From assembly GCA_963662655.2 (NCBI GenBank), contig CAXXTU010000002.1, forward strand, positions 640,001 to 704,000: 64,000 nt of DNA, written 5' to 3'. Shown in pieces: positions 20,201 to 28,020 of this stretch (positions are counted from its first letter, which is position 1; each line of letters starts with the position of its first letter). This DNA comes from Candidatus Cloacimonadales bacterium. GTDB taxonomy: Bacteria > Cloacimonadota > Cloacimonadia > Cloacimonadales > JAIOQZ01. Position numbers and translations under genes: made by a program. The notes beneath the pieces were generated by a model. It saw nothing but the letters and a program-made list of their open reading frames with translations, ran no database searches and was not told where the DNA came from.

Positions 20201-21129
20201 TCACGGTCACGACCATAGAAGAGGATGTAATCGACGGAATCGAAAGAGTGATCCGATTCACCGTAGACGTAGATCGGAATTTCAGCGAACTCGAGTCCAT
20301 TCGAGTTGACGCTGGGATCCATGACTGCTCCGCCGGTGCTGAAAAGGCGCAACTCCGTGGGATCGATGATGGAGCGATCGACCATTTCATTGACGGCATC
20401 GGAGGTGATTTTGAATAAACCGTCCTTGTGAACCTCGATTCTCATCCATATAGGGAACTCGCTGAAGTTGGCGTAATTGACGTTGTCACGCGTCGAGGTC
20501 CGCCAGCCGGCGGCTTGAGACGGGTTCAATATGACATTCTTAAAAACTTCCGGTGTGGTATAAATGCGGGATGAACTGACGTTGTTCCCCGTATACGAGA
20601 AACTGACCCTGATCGATTCGTTGACCGAGAGTGTATTGTTGCTGCTGTTGTAGGAGAATGGATTCACGCGGATCGTGACCGTTTCCACGCCGCGGAATTT
20701 TCCTTTGTCCATGATTTCCACCAGCGGTCGTGCGGAGGAGCGATAAGATTCTTTGTTTGTTGTATAGGTTTGCCGGCTCACTTCGTCAGCGTCTTCCTGG
20801 GTAACTTCCGGGATGGGTATGAGCGGTGCATCGAGATGGAGTGATCGCGCTTTGCGTGCATCGTGAGAGAATCGAATCGAGCCACCTGGCGGAACGGCGA
20901 TCATTCGTGTGAAATAGGGGAGATCGGGCGATCCCGCGTCTTCCGGATGAACCAGCCCCGTGGTTTGGATGCGAGTGTAAGCGTCTTCCGGGACAACCTG
21001 GTAATCCTCCAGACTGAAATCGACAACAAGCTTCTGGTTGGTTTCGGTTACAACCGTGACATCTGCGAACAGCCCTGTAAAAAGCATGAGTAGAGTCGCT
21101 GCCAGTACGACTTGCGGGTATCTCATCAT
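17230..21129 (-). CDS. porU: Type IX secretion sortase PorU-like C25 peptidase with C-terminal sorting domain
   Basis: C25 propeptide, DYILFYG, FDQFSGGMPD, YTGHG and ASCSVGKFD catalytic motifs, C-terminal PYPNP...VYTITGRKIK...W domain. Confidence 0.8.
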   Translation of the reverse strand: MMRYPQVVLAATLLMLFTGLFADVTVVTETNQKLVVDFSLEDYQVVPEDAYTRIQTTGLVHPEDAGSPDLPYFTRMIAVPPGGSIRFSHDARKARSLHLDAPLIPIPEVTQEDADEVSRQTYTTNKESYRSSARPLVEIMDKGKFRGVETVTIRVNPFSYNSSNNTLSVNESIRVSFSYTGNNVSSSRIYTTPEVFKNVILNPSQAAGWRTSTRDNVNYANFSEFPIWMRIEVHKDGLFKITSDAVNEMVDRSIIDPTELRLFSTGGAVMDPSVNSNGLEFAEIPIYVYGESDHSFDSVDYILFYGRDRDDYDLNEEIEPNHFFNPYSQAGIYWLTFGEGDTSPSRIVSESAGSASSSRTNTFQKLRYEQEKIRREDDGFDWYTQQFGYQGTSITDYDLSYNLTDLDTAEDQTFRITVRELSSSGVNSNHHQIEVFINDTSILENTWNGPYYRTFTGTSDFSRNDTNDITVRLTRTSATNILLDYYELEYYKLLNKRSGQFLINVDLLDVGENVEYVFSNAYSSTMMAFEVDDFDRIKIRPISEYDSQSQGFSFVANGNTDTRIYVVNTGDFYSVDDISLYSPKDIAQPQSREVVIITPKEFQSGAEELAALYKDQYDFDTQVVLQQEVFDQFSGGMPDPNGVKMFLKHSVQTDTLNTLTYAVLLGAGVYDWRNFAESNVPKNKIIAYQISSTTSDDYFVYFTDDDQPEMAIGRYPAQTTADLQLMIDRTRQFMENPTAGYWKNRILILADDQYNSGSISQVEHTNNAQTNAEQINPAVYVDMLMAIEYELDAFNAKPQVRDLLIEKMNDGLLVMYYTGHGATHVLGDEKYLSISDIPQLHNADKLPLFIAASCSVGKFDNYETNCLAEEILFSEDGGAIASLAGTCETTGGNNTGLMGVFLEQMCNSRRALGLSLMNAKSIYNSPGNNERYALLGDPVLRLVPPAREENIVVTNDADSLHALQTVNISGDFNLDDMSAIEEGQTMLRVYDAVTEKQYWATDTAVATWTEMSNPLFRGEVSVVSGDFDATFIIPYDIAGGETGRMIAMTEDGTDSRVSYLYPVTLSTNAEYIENDDSPEISIWLDSKDFQEEDTVTSDPLLIAGISDSTGVNILGKPGHKILARIDDDNTFIDITEGFSYNLDSFTRGELNWQLEGISRGSHTLELIAFDNANEPSVQHIDFKVSTDADIGTDIKLSDILPYPNPYKGDEDFHFTFVISHNADSSTRYNAKISVYTITGRKIKTIERSGCKRGYNQIRWNVRDGDGDWIANNTYIYKIEVSEPVSKKSTEKTGKMIVYR

Positions 21130-21264
21130 AAAATTCTCTCCCATCTCATTTTGAAGATTGATTTATAAAACTAACGAAGATGCAGTGCATTCGTTACCGA
21201 AGTAACGTTGTCGAAAATGGCGCAATCATGTCAAGAAGTGATCTGTTATTCGTTGGATGGTTGA

Positions 21265-22995
21265 TTAACGGGCTGTGTATCGCTTCCGCATGATTTCGAT
21301 CATCATGCCCAGGCGATGCTTATAGGTTTCGTTTCGAGTCACCCTGCTATATGCATTCCGGGCGTATCTCTCGCGAACGGAGTCGTTCTCCAGATAGAAG
21401 GCGACAAGCTCCGGGATTTCTTCGACATCCCTGAAGAATACGATTTCCTCGCCACTCGTATCGAAGATTTCTTCGAGCTGCTGTTTGTAATCCGTCAGGA
21501 TGAATTTTCCACAGGCGGGGACGTCGAAGACGCGCTGGTTCACGGCGTTTTTCATCTGCCGGCTGGTCATGTTGAAGTTGATCCGACTGGTGTTGTAAAC
21601 CTGAGGCAGGTTGTCGTAGTAGAGTACTTCGCGCTCGATGCGATAGCGGTTGTTGAGGATAGTATCCCAGTTGGGGTCTCCGAAGACGGTGGGATAGAAC
21701 GGCGCGAGTTTCTCAATGCCGCTCAGGCGGTACATTTGCGTTGCGCGCCAGAGGACGGCGGCCTCGAAATCGAGCTGTTGTTCGGGATAATCGAAGGCGA
21801 GTTCGATTCCGGTAGCGCGGACTCTGTCGATGGCTTCGATGACGTAGCGGCTATCGATGCCGAGGAACTCCAGGGCAACGGTATCCAGATGGTAGAGGAG
21901 GTCGCGGCGGAACACCATGCTGCGCAGGTTTTTGTGCGTGCTGTATACCATGCTGCTTCCCACGAAAGAGACGTCCGTCTTGTAGGGGAGATCGAGGGGT
22001 TTGAAGAGCTCCGGCATGGTCGCGAGCGGCAGGTAATCGACATGCGGATAACCGGCGTCGATAACGTCCTGAATGTAGTCACGATCCCAGACGAAGATGT
22101 TGCAGTAGTCCGATATGTTGGTGTCCTTCCCACTGAGAACGACGGTAGGGCTATCGACGAACCAGGAGATAAACGGAATTTCAAGCTCGCTGAGGAGTTC
22201 CGTCATGCGCCCTTCCTGGTCGAATCCAAGGTGGTTGATCGTGAGAACGAAATCCGGCTTGAATTGGCTGATGAGCGTAAGGAAGTTCCGCACAAACTCG
22301 TCGTACTGGTAGTTGTCCTTGTCGATGTGGATGTACTGTACGGCGTGGCCCAGTTGCTGGAGCGCGGAAAGGCACTCCTTTGTCAGCACATATCCGCTAT
22401 CGATGAAAATCACCTTGAGCTTGGATGCCCCGGCGAATTTCTTGTATTTCCACTGATCGCTAAGGTCGAAGATGGGCTTGTTCTGCAATCGTCTTTTGAC
22501 GGCGTCGAAGTACCGCGGGAGCAGACGGGTTCGCTGCTTGATCTCAAGTATTTCGATCTCATCGATGTTGCCGATGAAATCGAGAACCTCGAAGTCTTCG
22601 TACCCTATGATGAAGCGAACGGACTCTGGCAGTTTGGAGATGTCGATAGTCTGCATGGCGAGGTTGAAGAGGTTTTTGTCGGGTTCAATCACCGTAATGA
22701 TCTTATCCGGGAAACGCTTGCAGAGCGGATCGAGTCCGTAGCCGAGTCCAATACCCAGGCAAACGATGTGGGGCTTCTCCGTTTTCACACTTTCGGCCCA
22801 ACGGATTGCCTCGCGAGTGGGGTAGTAGCTGCTATGGAGCGTGACCTTCTCCCCGTTCTCTTCAAAGATTAACCCGGGAGCATCTTCCTTGCTGGGAATC
22901 AGTGTGAATTCACTCGTGAATCGGCAATGCCCCTTATTAATGTGTGCGCCTGAACGACCGGCGAGTGTCCGGTGATTTCTCTCGAATCGGTTCAT
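21265..22995 (-). CDS. CgeB-like glycosyltransferase (DUF3880/Glyco_trans_1_2) with Maf-like N-terminal domain
   Basis: LHSSYYPTREA and GIGLGY N-terminus; SWFVDSP, DVSFVGS, NQRVFDVPACG. Confidence 0.75.
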   Translation of the reverse strand: MNRFERNHRTLAGRSGAHINKGHCRFTSEFTLIPSKEDAPGLIFEENGEKVTLHSSYYPTREAIRWAESVKTEKPHIVCLGIGLGYGLDPLCKRFPDKIITVIEPDKNLFNLAMQTIDISKLPESVRFIIGYEDFEVLDFIGNIDEIEILEIKQRTRLLPRYFDAVKRRLQNKPIFDLSDQWKYKKFAGASKLKVIFIDSGYVLTKECLSALQQLGHAVQYIHIDKDNYQYDEFVRNFLTLISQFKPDFVLTINHLGFDQEGRMTELLSELEIPFISWFVDSPTVVLSGKDTNISDYCNIFVWDRDYIQDVIDAGYPHVDYLPLATMPELFKPLDLPYKTDVSFVGSSMVYSTHKNLRSMVFRRDLLYHLDTVALEFLGIDSRYVIEAIDRVRATGIELAFDYPEQQLDFEAAVLWRATQMYRLSGIEKLAPFYPTVFGDPNWDTILNNRYRIEREVLYYDNLPQVYNTSRINFNMTSRQMKNAVNQRVFDVPACGKFILTDYKQQLEEIFDTSGEEIVFFRDVEEIPELVAFYLENDSVRERYARNAYSRVTRNETYKHRLGMMIEIMRKRYTAR

Positions 22996-23405
22996 ACGTT
23001 GTCTTCAAGGAATCTCAATAAACGTTCTTCTACCAATTCAAATCGCTTCAACTCGCACTCCCAGATAACTAAAGTTCGCCATCCAGCATTTGTTAGGTAT
23101 GTAATATTTTGTTTGTCTCTGAGAATATTGTTGCCAATTTTGACCGCCCAATATTCTTTATTGGTTGAAGGTTTATTATTTCCATGTTTGCAATTATGTC
23201 CATGCCAAAAACAGCCGTTAACGAAAATTGCTTTCTTCTTCGAAGGGAATACAATATCTGGTTTTCCAGGTAAATCCTTGTAATTAATACGATATCTATA
23301 ACCATGGCGATACAAATATTTGCGAATTTTTATTTCTGGCCCGGTGTTTTTGGATTTCACGGATCTCATGATTTGAGTTCTCTTTTTTTTTGAGACATGA
23401 TCCAT
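22992..23405 (-). CDS. vsr: Very short patch repair endonuclease
   Basis: MRSVKSKNTGPE, LPGKPDIV, FVNGCFWHGH, GWRTLVIWEC. Confidence 0.95.
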   Translation of the reverse strand: MDHVSKKKRTQIMRSVKSKNTGPEIKIRKYLYRHGYRYRINYKDLPGKPDIVFPSKKKAIFVNGCFWHGHNCKHGNNKPSTNKEYWAVKIGNNILRDKQNITYLTNAGWRTLVIWECELKRFELVEERLLRFLEDNV

Positions 23406-24139
23406 TAATATACAAGCTCAACCCAAGACTCATTGAATCCAACTATACGCATTACATCTTCATGGACCAATCGAGGAGACTTTAAAAGCCTAATGTTCAG
23501 TCTTTTATTTGGGACTTCTTCAATTATTGTGAACTGGGAACCGTGTGGTTGCCATGTAAATTTATGTTTTCCAGTCCTTACATCTGTAGCAATTAAATTA
23601 TTATTGGAATTCCATTCCCAGGAAAATTGCTCGGGTATATACAATGAAGTTTCTGTCTCAAAAATCGTCAATTCCCTCAAATCAATGCCTTTAATTAACA
23701 CAACAGTTCGGAGATGGCGATATTTAGCTCTTGTTGAGGTCACTCTTTCATTCCAGATATCCAATACTTTTGGCCCAACAAGATTTGGATCAATATTCAA
23801 AACTTTTTCTTCACCAAAAGAGTATGCAAGAGAATTACGCCCAGAGATTAATCTTACCTTCTTTGCACTAAAGGGATTAGTGTTCTTGACTGTTTTAGCT
23901 CCCCATGCCATTTGTTTATTAACAACGTCATCAAGCCCAATGTTTGATGGCGTCCATTCTGCCCCAATTGATTTCGCAAAAATTTCTTCCCAGTCAGAAC
24001 CAATAATTCGTGGATTATCCTGTGTTGCGATGGTGTAAATAATTGATTCTGCCACCAAGTATGGAAAATTGGATGGGAAACTGTTTAATGGATACAATGG
24101 ATCGTACTTGTCAGCCGATCTGAGTTTTGGTCTATTCAT
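23405..24139 (-). CDS. Putative type II restriction endonuclease
   Basis: Lies between the C5 MTase and vsr; WEEIF...GLDDV...WGAKTVK resembles a PD-(D/E)xK core; AT-rich. Confidence 0.65.
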   Translation of the reverse strand: MNRPKLRSADKYDPLYPLNSFPSNFPYLVAESIIYTIATQDNPRIIGSDWEEIFAKSIGAEWTPSNIGLDDVVNKQMAWGAKTVKNTNPFSAKKVRLISGRNSLAYSFGEEKVLNIDPNLVGPKVLDIWNERVTSTRAKYRHLRTVVLIKGIDLRELTIFETETSLYIPEQFSWEWNSNNNLIATDVRTGKHKFTWQPHGSQFTIIEEVPNKRLNIRLLKSPRLVHEDVMRIVGFNESWVELVY

Positions 24140-25113
24140 TTCACCGCTTCCATGGTTTCTTTATTTGCCTGAAAACAAGTGCTAAGCTCGATCAATGATT
24201 TGATAGATTCAAAGATTACTTCTTGAGCAACAGGTACAGGTAAGCTGTTGCCGGCTTGTTTTCTTGTTTGCGCATAGCTGCAAACAATACGAAAAGAATT
24301 TGGAAATCCTTGCAGTCTTAACATCTCTCTTGAGGTAAGTCTTCTTTCACCATTGACTAACAAATAATTATATGAAGCTCCAGCTCTCAAGGCGCACGAG
24401 TATGGTAGGATGCTTATATTACCCGACTTATTCTCATGCCAAATCCTTGTCTCTTCTGATTTATTTCTGTTCTTCTTCCTCTTTTCTTGTATATATTTGG
24501 AGGCATAATACATTGCGTCTGGATTCTCTTCTAGCAATACATCCAATGGAGTCATTTCTCTTCTCTCTTTAGGCCAACGGAAAAAAGGATTAAAATTCCT
24601 AAACCCAACAATAAACAGTCTCTCTCTTTTCTGTGGTAAGCCAAAATCCATGGCGTTTAATATCTTATATTCAATGGAGGTATATCCGATATCGCCAAGA
24701 GTTCTTAAGATTGTTTTCAGTGTTCTTCCTTGATCATGGTTTAACAACTGCTTAACATTTTCGAGAACAAAAAAGGACGGGGTCTTGGCCTCCAATATGC
24801 GTGCAATATCAAAGAAAAGAGTTCCTCGAATATCATTAAATCCTTTTCTTTGACCAATAATGCTGAATGGTTGACATGGGAAACCTGCAAGAAGGCAATC
24901 GTGATCAGGTACATCGTTAGCCATAATCTGCGAGATATCTCCAAATGGAGTCTCGTCAAAATTAGCTTTGTATGCTTTTCTACATTCCTTATCAATGTCG
25001 CTTGAAAGAACGCATCTCGAATCTAGCCCTAGAGCTTTTGTAGCATTTTCAAATGCTATTCTAAAACCACCAATCCCTGAGAATAAATCAATGAATTTCA
25101 ATTCTTTTTTCAT
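24136..25113 (-). CDS. DNA (cytosine-5)-methyltransferase
   Basis: DLFSGIGG, AGFPCQPFS, LENV, PQKRER, QAGNS; start ATG 25113 after GGAGAG. Confidence 0.96.
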   Translation of the reverse strand: MKKELKFIDLFSGIGGFRIAFENATKALGLDSRCVLSSDIDKECRKAYKANFDETPFGDISQIMANDVPDHDCLLAGFPCQPFSIIGQRKGFNDIRGTLFFDIARILEAKTPSFFVLENVKQLLNHDQGRTLKTILRTLGDIGYTSIEYKILNAMDFGLPQKRERLFIVGFRNFNPFFRWPKERREMTPLDVLLEENPDAMYYASKYIQEKRKKNRNKSEETRIWHENKSGNISILPYSCALRAGASYNYLLVNGERRLTSREMLRLQGFPNSFRIVCSYAQTRKQAGNSLPVPVAQEVIFESIKSLIELSTCFQANKETMEAVK

Positions 25114-25227
25114 AAATCTCTCCATTTCCCATTTTGAGTACAAGATTTAGATGTCAAGAAATATCCTGCCATGTGTTGGAGCTTCGAAAAATCTTGACAG
25201 AAAGATTTTGTACCCTTAAGTAAACGC

Positions 25228-26145
25228 ATGGAAAAAATAGCAATATTATCCGGCGGCTTCTCGGAGGAACGGGAAGTGTCGCTCGTATCGGCGGCAGAGA
25301 TCGAAAAATCTCTCAAGGCAATGGGTTACTCGACATGCTTGATCGACCCAAAGGAGTATCCCGATTACTGTTCGGTGGTCAGAGCGATCAAGGATTTCGA
25401 AGCCGACATCGTTTTTATCGGACTGCACGGCGGCGACGGCGAAGACGGGAGAGTCCAGGGACTTCTCTCGCTGGCCGGAATCCCCTTCACGGGTTCCGAC
25501 TGGAAGTCTTCGGCCCTTGCAATGGACAAGAACCTCTCCATGCAACTCGCCCAGGCAATCGATATCGAGGTGCCTGAGTACATTTGCATCGATTCGCACG
25601 AAAGTTTTAACGGCAAAGACGTGGAAATCTTCGGCTATCCGTTCGTGATCAAGCCCAACCAGTCCGGTTCCTCGGTGGGAATAACCATCGTCGAGCAGGA
25701 GAATCAAATCGCAGAAGCCCTCGATCTGGCATTCCAGTTTAGCGACGAGGTCATTATCCAGCGGTACATCAAGGGCGACGAGATTACAGCGACGATTCTC
25801 GGCGACGAAGCGTTACCTCTTGTGCGAATATTACCGCGGAAAGGCTTTTACGACTACACCAATAAATACACGAAAGGCAATACGGAGTACGAAGTGCCGG
25901 CCAAGATTCCCGAAGAGGTCAGGGCTCGAGTTCAGGCGGACGCCCTGCGAATATACAATCTGATGGGCTGCTCGGGGTATGCCCGTGTCGATTTCCGCTA
26001 CGACGGCGAGTTCGCATATTTCCTGGAAGTAAACACGTTGCCCGGCATGACGCCTCTCAGCCTTACGCCGATGGCTGCGAAAGAAGCAGGTTATTCTTTC
26101 CAGGCTCTGTTGAAGAAAATCATCGATATCGGTTTGGATAAATAG
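25228..26145 (+). CDS. ddl: D-alanine--D-alanine ligase
   Basis: GGFSEEREVSL, LHGGDGEDG, GSSVG, YDYTNKY (DYxxKY), EVNTLPGMT. Confidence 0.96.
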   Translation: MEKIAILSGGFSEEREVSLVSAAEIEKSLKAMGYSTCLIDPKEYPDYCSVVRAIKDFEADIVFIGLHGGDGEDGRVQGLLSLAGIPFTGSDWKSSALAMDKNLSMQLAQAIDIEVPEYICIDSHESFNGKDVEIFGYPFVIKPNQSGSSVGITIVEQENQIAEALDLAFQFSDEVIIQRYIKGDEITATILGDEALPLVRILPRKGFYDYTNKYTKGNTEYEVPAKIPEEVRARVQADALRIYNLMGCSGYARVDFRYDGEFAYFLEVNTLPGMTPLSLTPMAAKEAGYSFQALLKKIIDIGLDK

Positions 26146-26213
26146 AACGCACGTATCCCTAAACGTCAAAACATGACCTGAGTGAATAATAAAGTTTTAC
26201 ATGAGGAGAAACT

Positions 26214-27311
26214 ATGAAACACGTAACGGTATTACTTTTACTATTGGCTGTATCAGTGGTTTTTGCCGATGGCATGCCGCTGACCATCACTCTGAACGAT
26301 GACGTGACGTATAATCTGTTTTATGCGTCGTACATCGATCCCGACAACCCGAGTGCACAACCCATATTCTTCAGCGGTTCCATTCAAAACACAACAGCGA
26401 CAGATGTTCTAAGTTATTATCTGCGAGTGGGCCTCGAATGGAACGGAAATACGCTCATCGACTTCAACGATTCCGATAGCCGTATCGAAGCGGATGATCC
26501 ATTGGGCCCTGGCGTTGTAAAGCCTTTCACATCTCGTGACATCATCTCGAACGTCCCAGTCAACGGCTTCCGTGGAAGTCTGACTATGGATGGCGTGCTG
26601 GATGAGAATCCGGATTTTGAGGATGCGATCCTTGCAACGGGAAGATTTCCCGATGGCATGTACAAGGTTACCGTCCAGGCTTTTGATGGGGCGAATGATG
26701 CTGCGATATCCGATCAGGAAACAATGGTTATCACCATCCTGAATCCGGTGAACATCCAGTTGCTTTATCCGGGAACGTCGGTCGGTGGAAGCATCGTCTC
26801 GTATCCAACGCAACAGCCGACGTTCATGTGGCTCTCGAACCTCGGCAGCTACAATTTCAAGCTGTTTGAGGTCGAAAGCCCCTCGGATGCGTCCGCGGAA
26901 GATATCGCCAACGATATACCTTTCTTCGAGGACGAAGATGTTCATACAACGGCATACTCCTATCCTTCAACAGCTCCGATGCTGGAGATTGGCCATACAT
27001 ACGCCTGGCAGGTGACGGGGCCTCTTTCTTCTCCGATCGATAATGGCAATACGATTGAAAGCCCCCTGTTCATGTTCAGAATCGAGAATCCCAATACCGA
27101 TCCGATCCAGATGCAGATCATCATGACGCTGATCCAGAATCTCATGGGAATCGAAGGTATGGAGAGCTTCCTCAACCTGATCTACGATGGCTATGTACCG
27201 TCCGGAATGGTTCGCTACAAAGGAAATCTCATCGATATTTCGCAGTTGAATGAACTGATCGCCCAAATCATCGCTGGCGAAATCGACGTCAGAAGCATTA
27301 TTGTCGAATAG
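26214..27311 (+). CDS. Secreted hypothetical protein with Ig/FN3-like beta domains
   Basis: Signal peptide; QLLYPG...PTFMW...YAWQV FN3-like pattern; GAGGAG RBS. Confidence 0.6.
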   Translation: MKHVTVLLLLLAVSVVFADGMPLTITLNDDVTYNLFYASYIDPDNPSAQPIFFSGSIQNTTATDVLSYYLRVGLEWNGNTLIDFNDSDSRIEADDPLGPGVVKPFTSRDIISNVPVNGFRGSLTMDGVLDENPDFEDAILATGRFPDGMYKVTVQAFDGANDAAISDQETMVITILNPVNIQLLYPGTSVGGSIVSYPTQQPTFMWLSNLGSYNFKLFEVESPSDASAEDIANDIPFFEDEDVHTTAYSYPSTAPMLEIGHTYAWQVTGPLSSPIDNGNTIESPLFMFRIENPNTDPIQMQIIMTLIQNLMGIEGMESFLNLIYDGYVPSGMVRYKGNLIDISQLNELIAQIIAGEIDVRSIIVE

Positions 27312-27320
27312 GAGATAATT

Positions 27321-28016
27321 ATGACTATTACAATACGAAGAACAATCGTCTTAATCTCCATCTTGCTGATGGTGGCAGTCGCGGCTCTGTTTGCGGAAGA
27401 TCCGGTGGCCTTGACGCTCAAAGTGAAAGGCAAGGTTGATCTGACCAGGGCGGAGAAGACCGAAGGGCTGGAAAACGGTGCGATGCTACAAAACAACGAT
27501 GAACTGAACAGCTACGACAACGCCTATGCGGCGGCGAAATTCGTCGATGGCAGTTCCCTGATCAAGCTCTTCCCGAACAGTACCCTACGTATCCGGGCAG
27601 AGGTTGACGGCTCGAATCAGCTGGACAAGAAATCTTACCTCGAAAAGGGAAATATCTACTCCAAAATCATGAAGAAGGCAGGTGTTTACGAAATCGAGAC
27701 ACCTACAACCGTGGCGAGTGTGAAGGGAACCGAATTCCTTCTCAGTGTATCGGACACGGGCGTAACCGAAGTCCACACCTTCACGGGTACGGTAAGGATG
27801 GAAAACAAGTCCGACGGCGAAACAGCGGACGTCGGCCCGGGCCAGAAAGCCTCAACCGGCGGTATCGGCCCCATCGTTGTAACACCGTATGAAGAAAAAG
27901 ACCTCGATGAAGAAATCATCGAAGAAATTGAAGAACTCGAAGAAGCCGCAGACCTCGAAATTGAGATGAAGGGTCCGGACGGCGAAATCCGCAGAGTCAT
28001 AATCGATTTGGAGTAG
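27321..28016 (+). CDS. FecR-domain protein
   Basis: Signal/TM segment; FVDGSSLIKLFPNS and ETPTTVASVKGTEF FecR signature; acidic tail. Confidence 0.85.
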   Translation: MTITIRRTIVLISILLMVAVAALFAEDPVALTLKVKGKVDLTRAEKTEGLENGAMLQNNDELNSYDNAYAAAKFVDGSSLIKLFPNSTLRIRAEVDGSNQLDKKSYLEKGNIYSKIMKKAGVYEIETPTTVASVKGTEFLLSVSDTGVTEVHTFTGTVRMENKSDGETADVGPGQKASTGGIGPIVVTPYEEKDLDEEIIEEIEELEEAADLEIEMKGPDGEIRRVIIDLE

Positions 28017-28020
28017 GCTT

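Larger units (their letters stand above)
22991..25114 (-). mobile_element. AT-rich restriction-modification islet (MTase-REase-Vsr)
   Basis: Abrupt drop in GC relative to flanks; bounded by TTCATA at 22991-22996 and 25109-25114. Confidence 0.7.
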
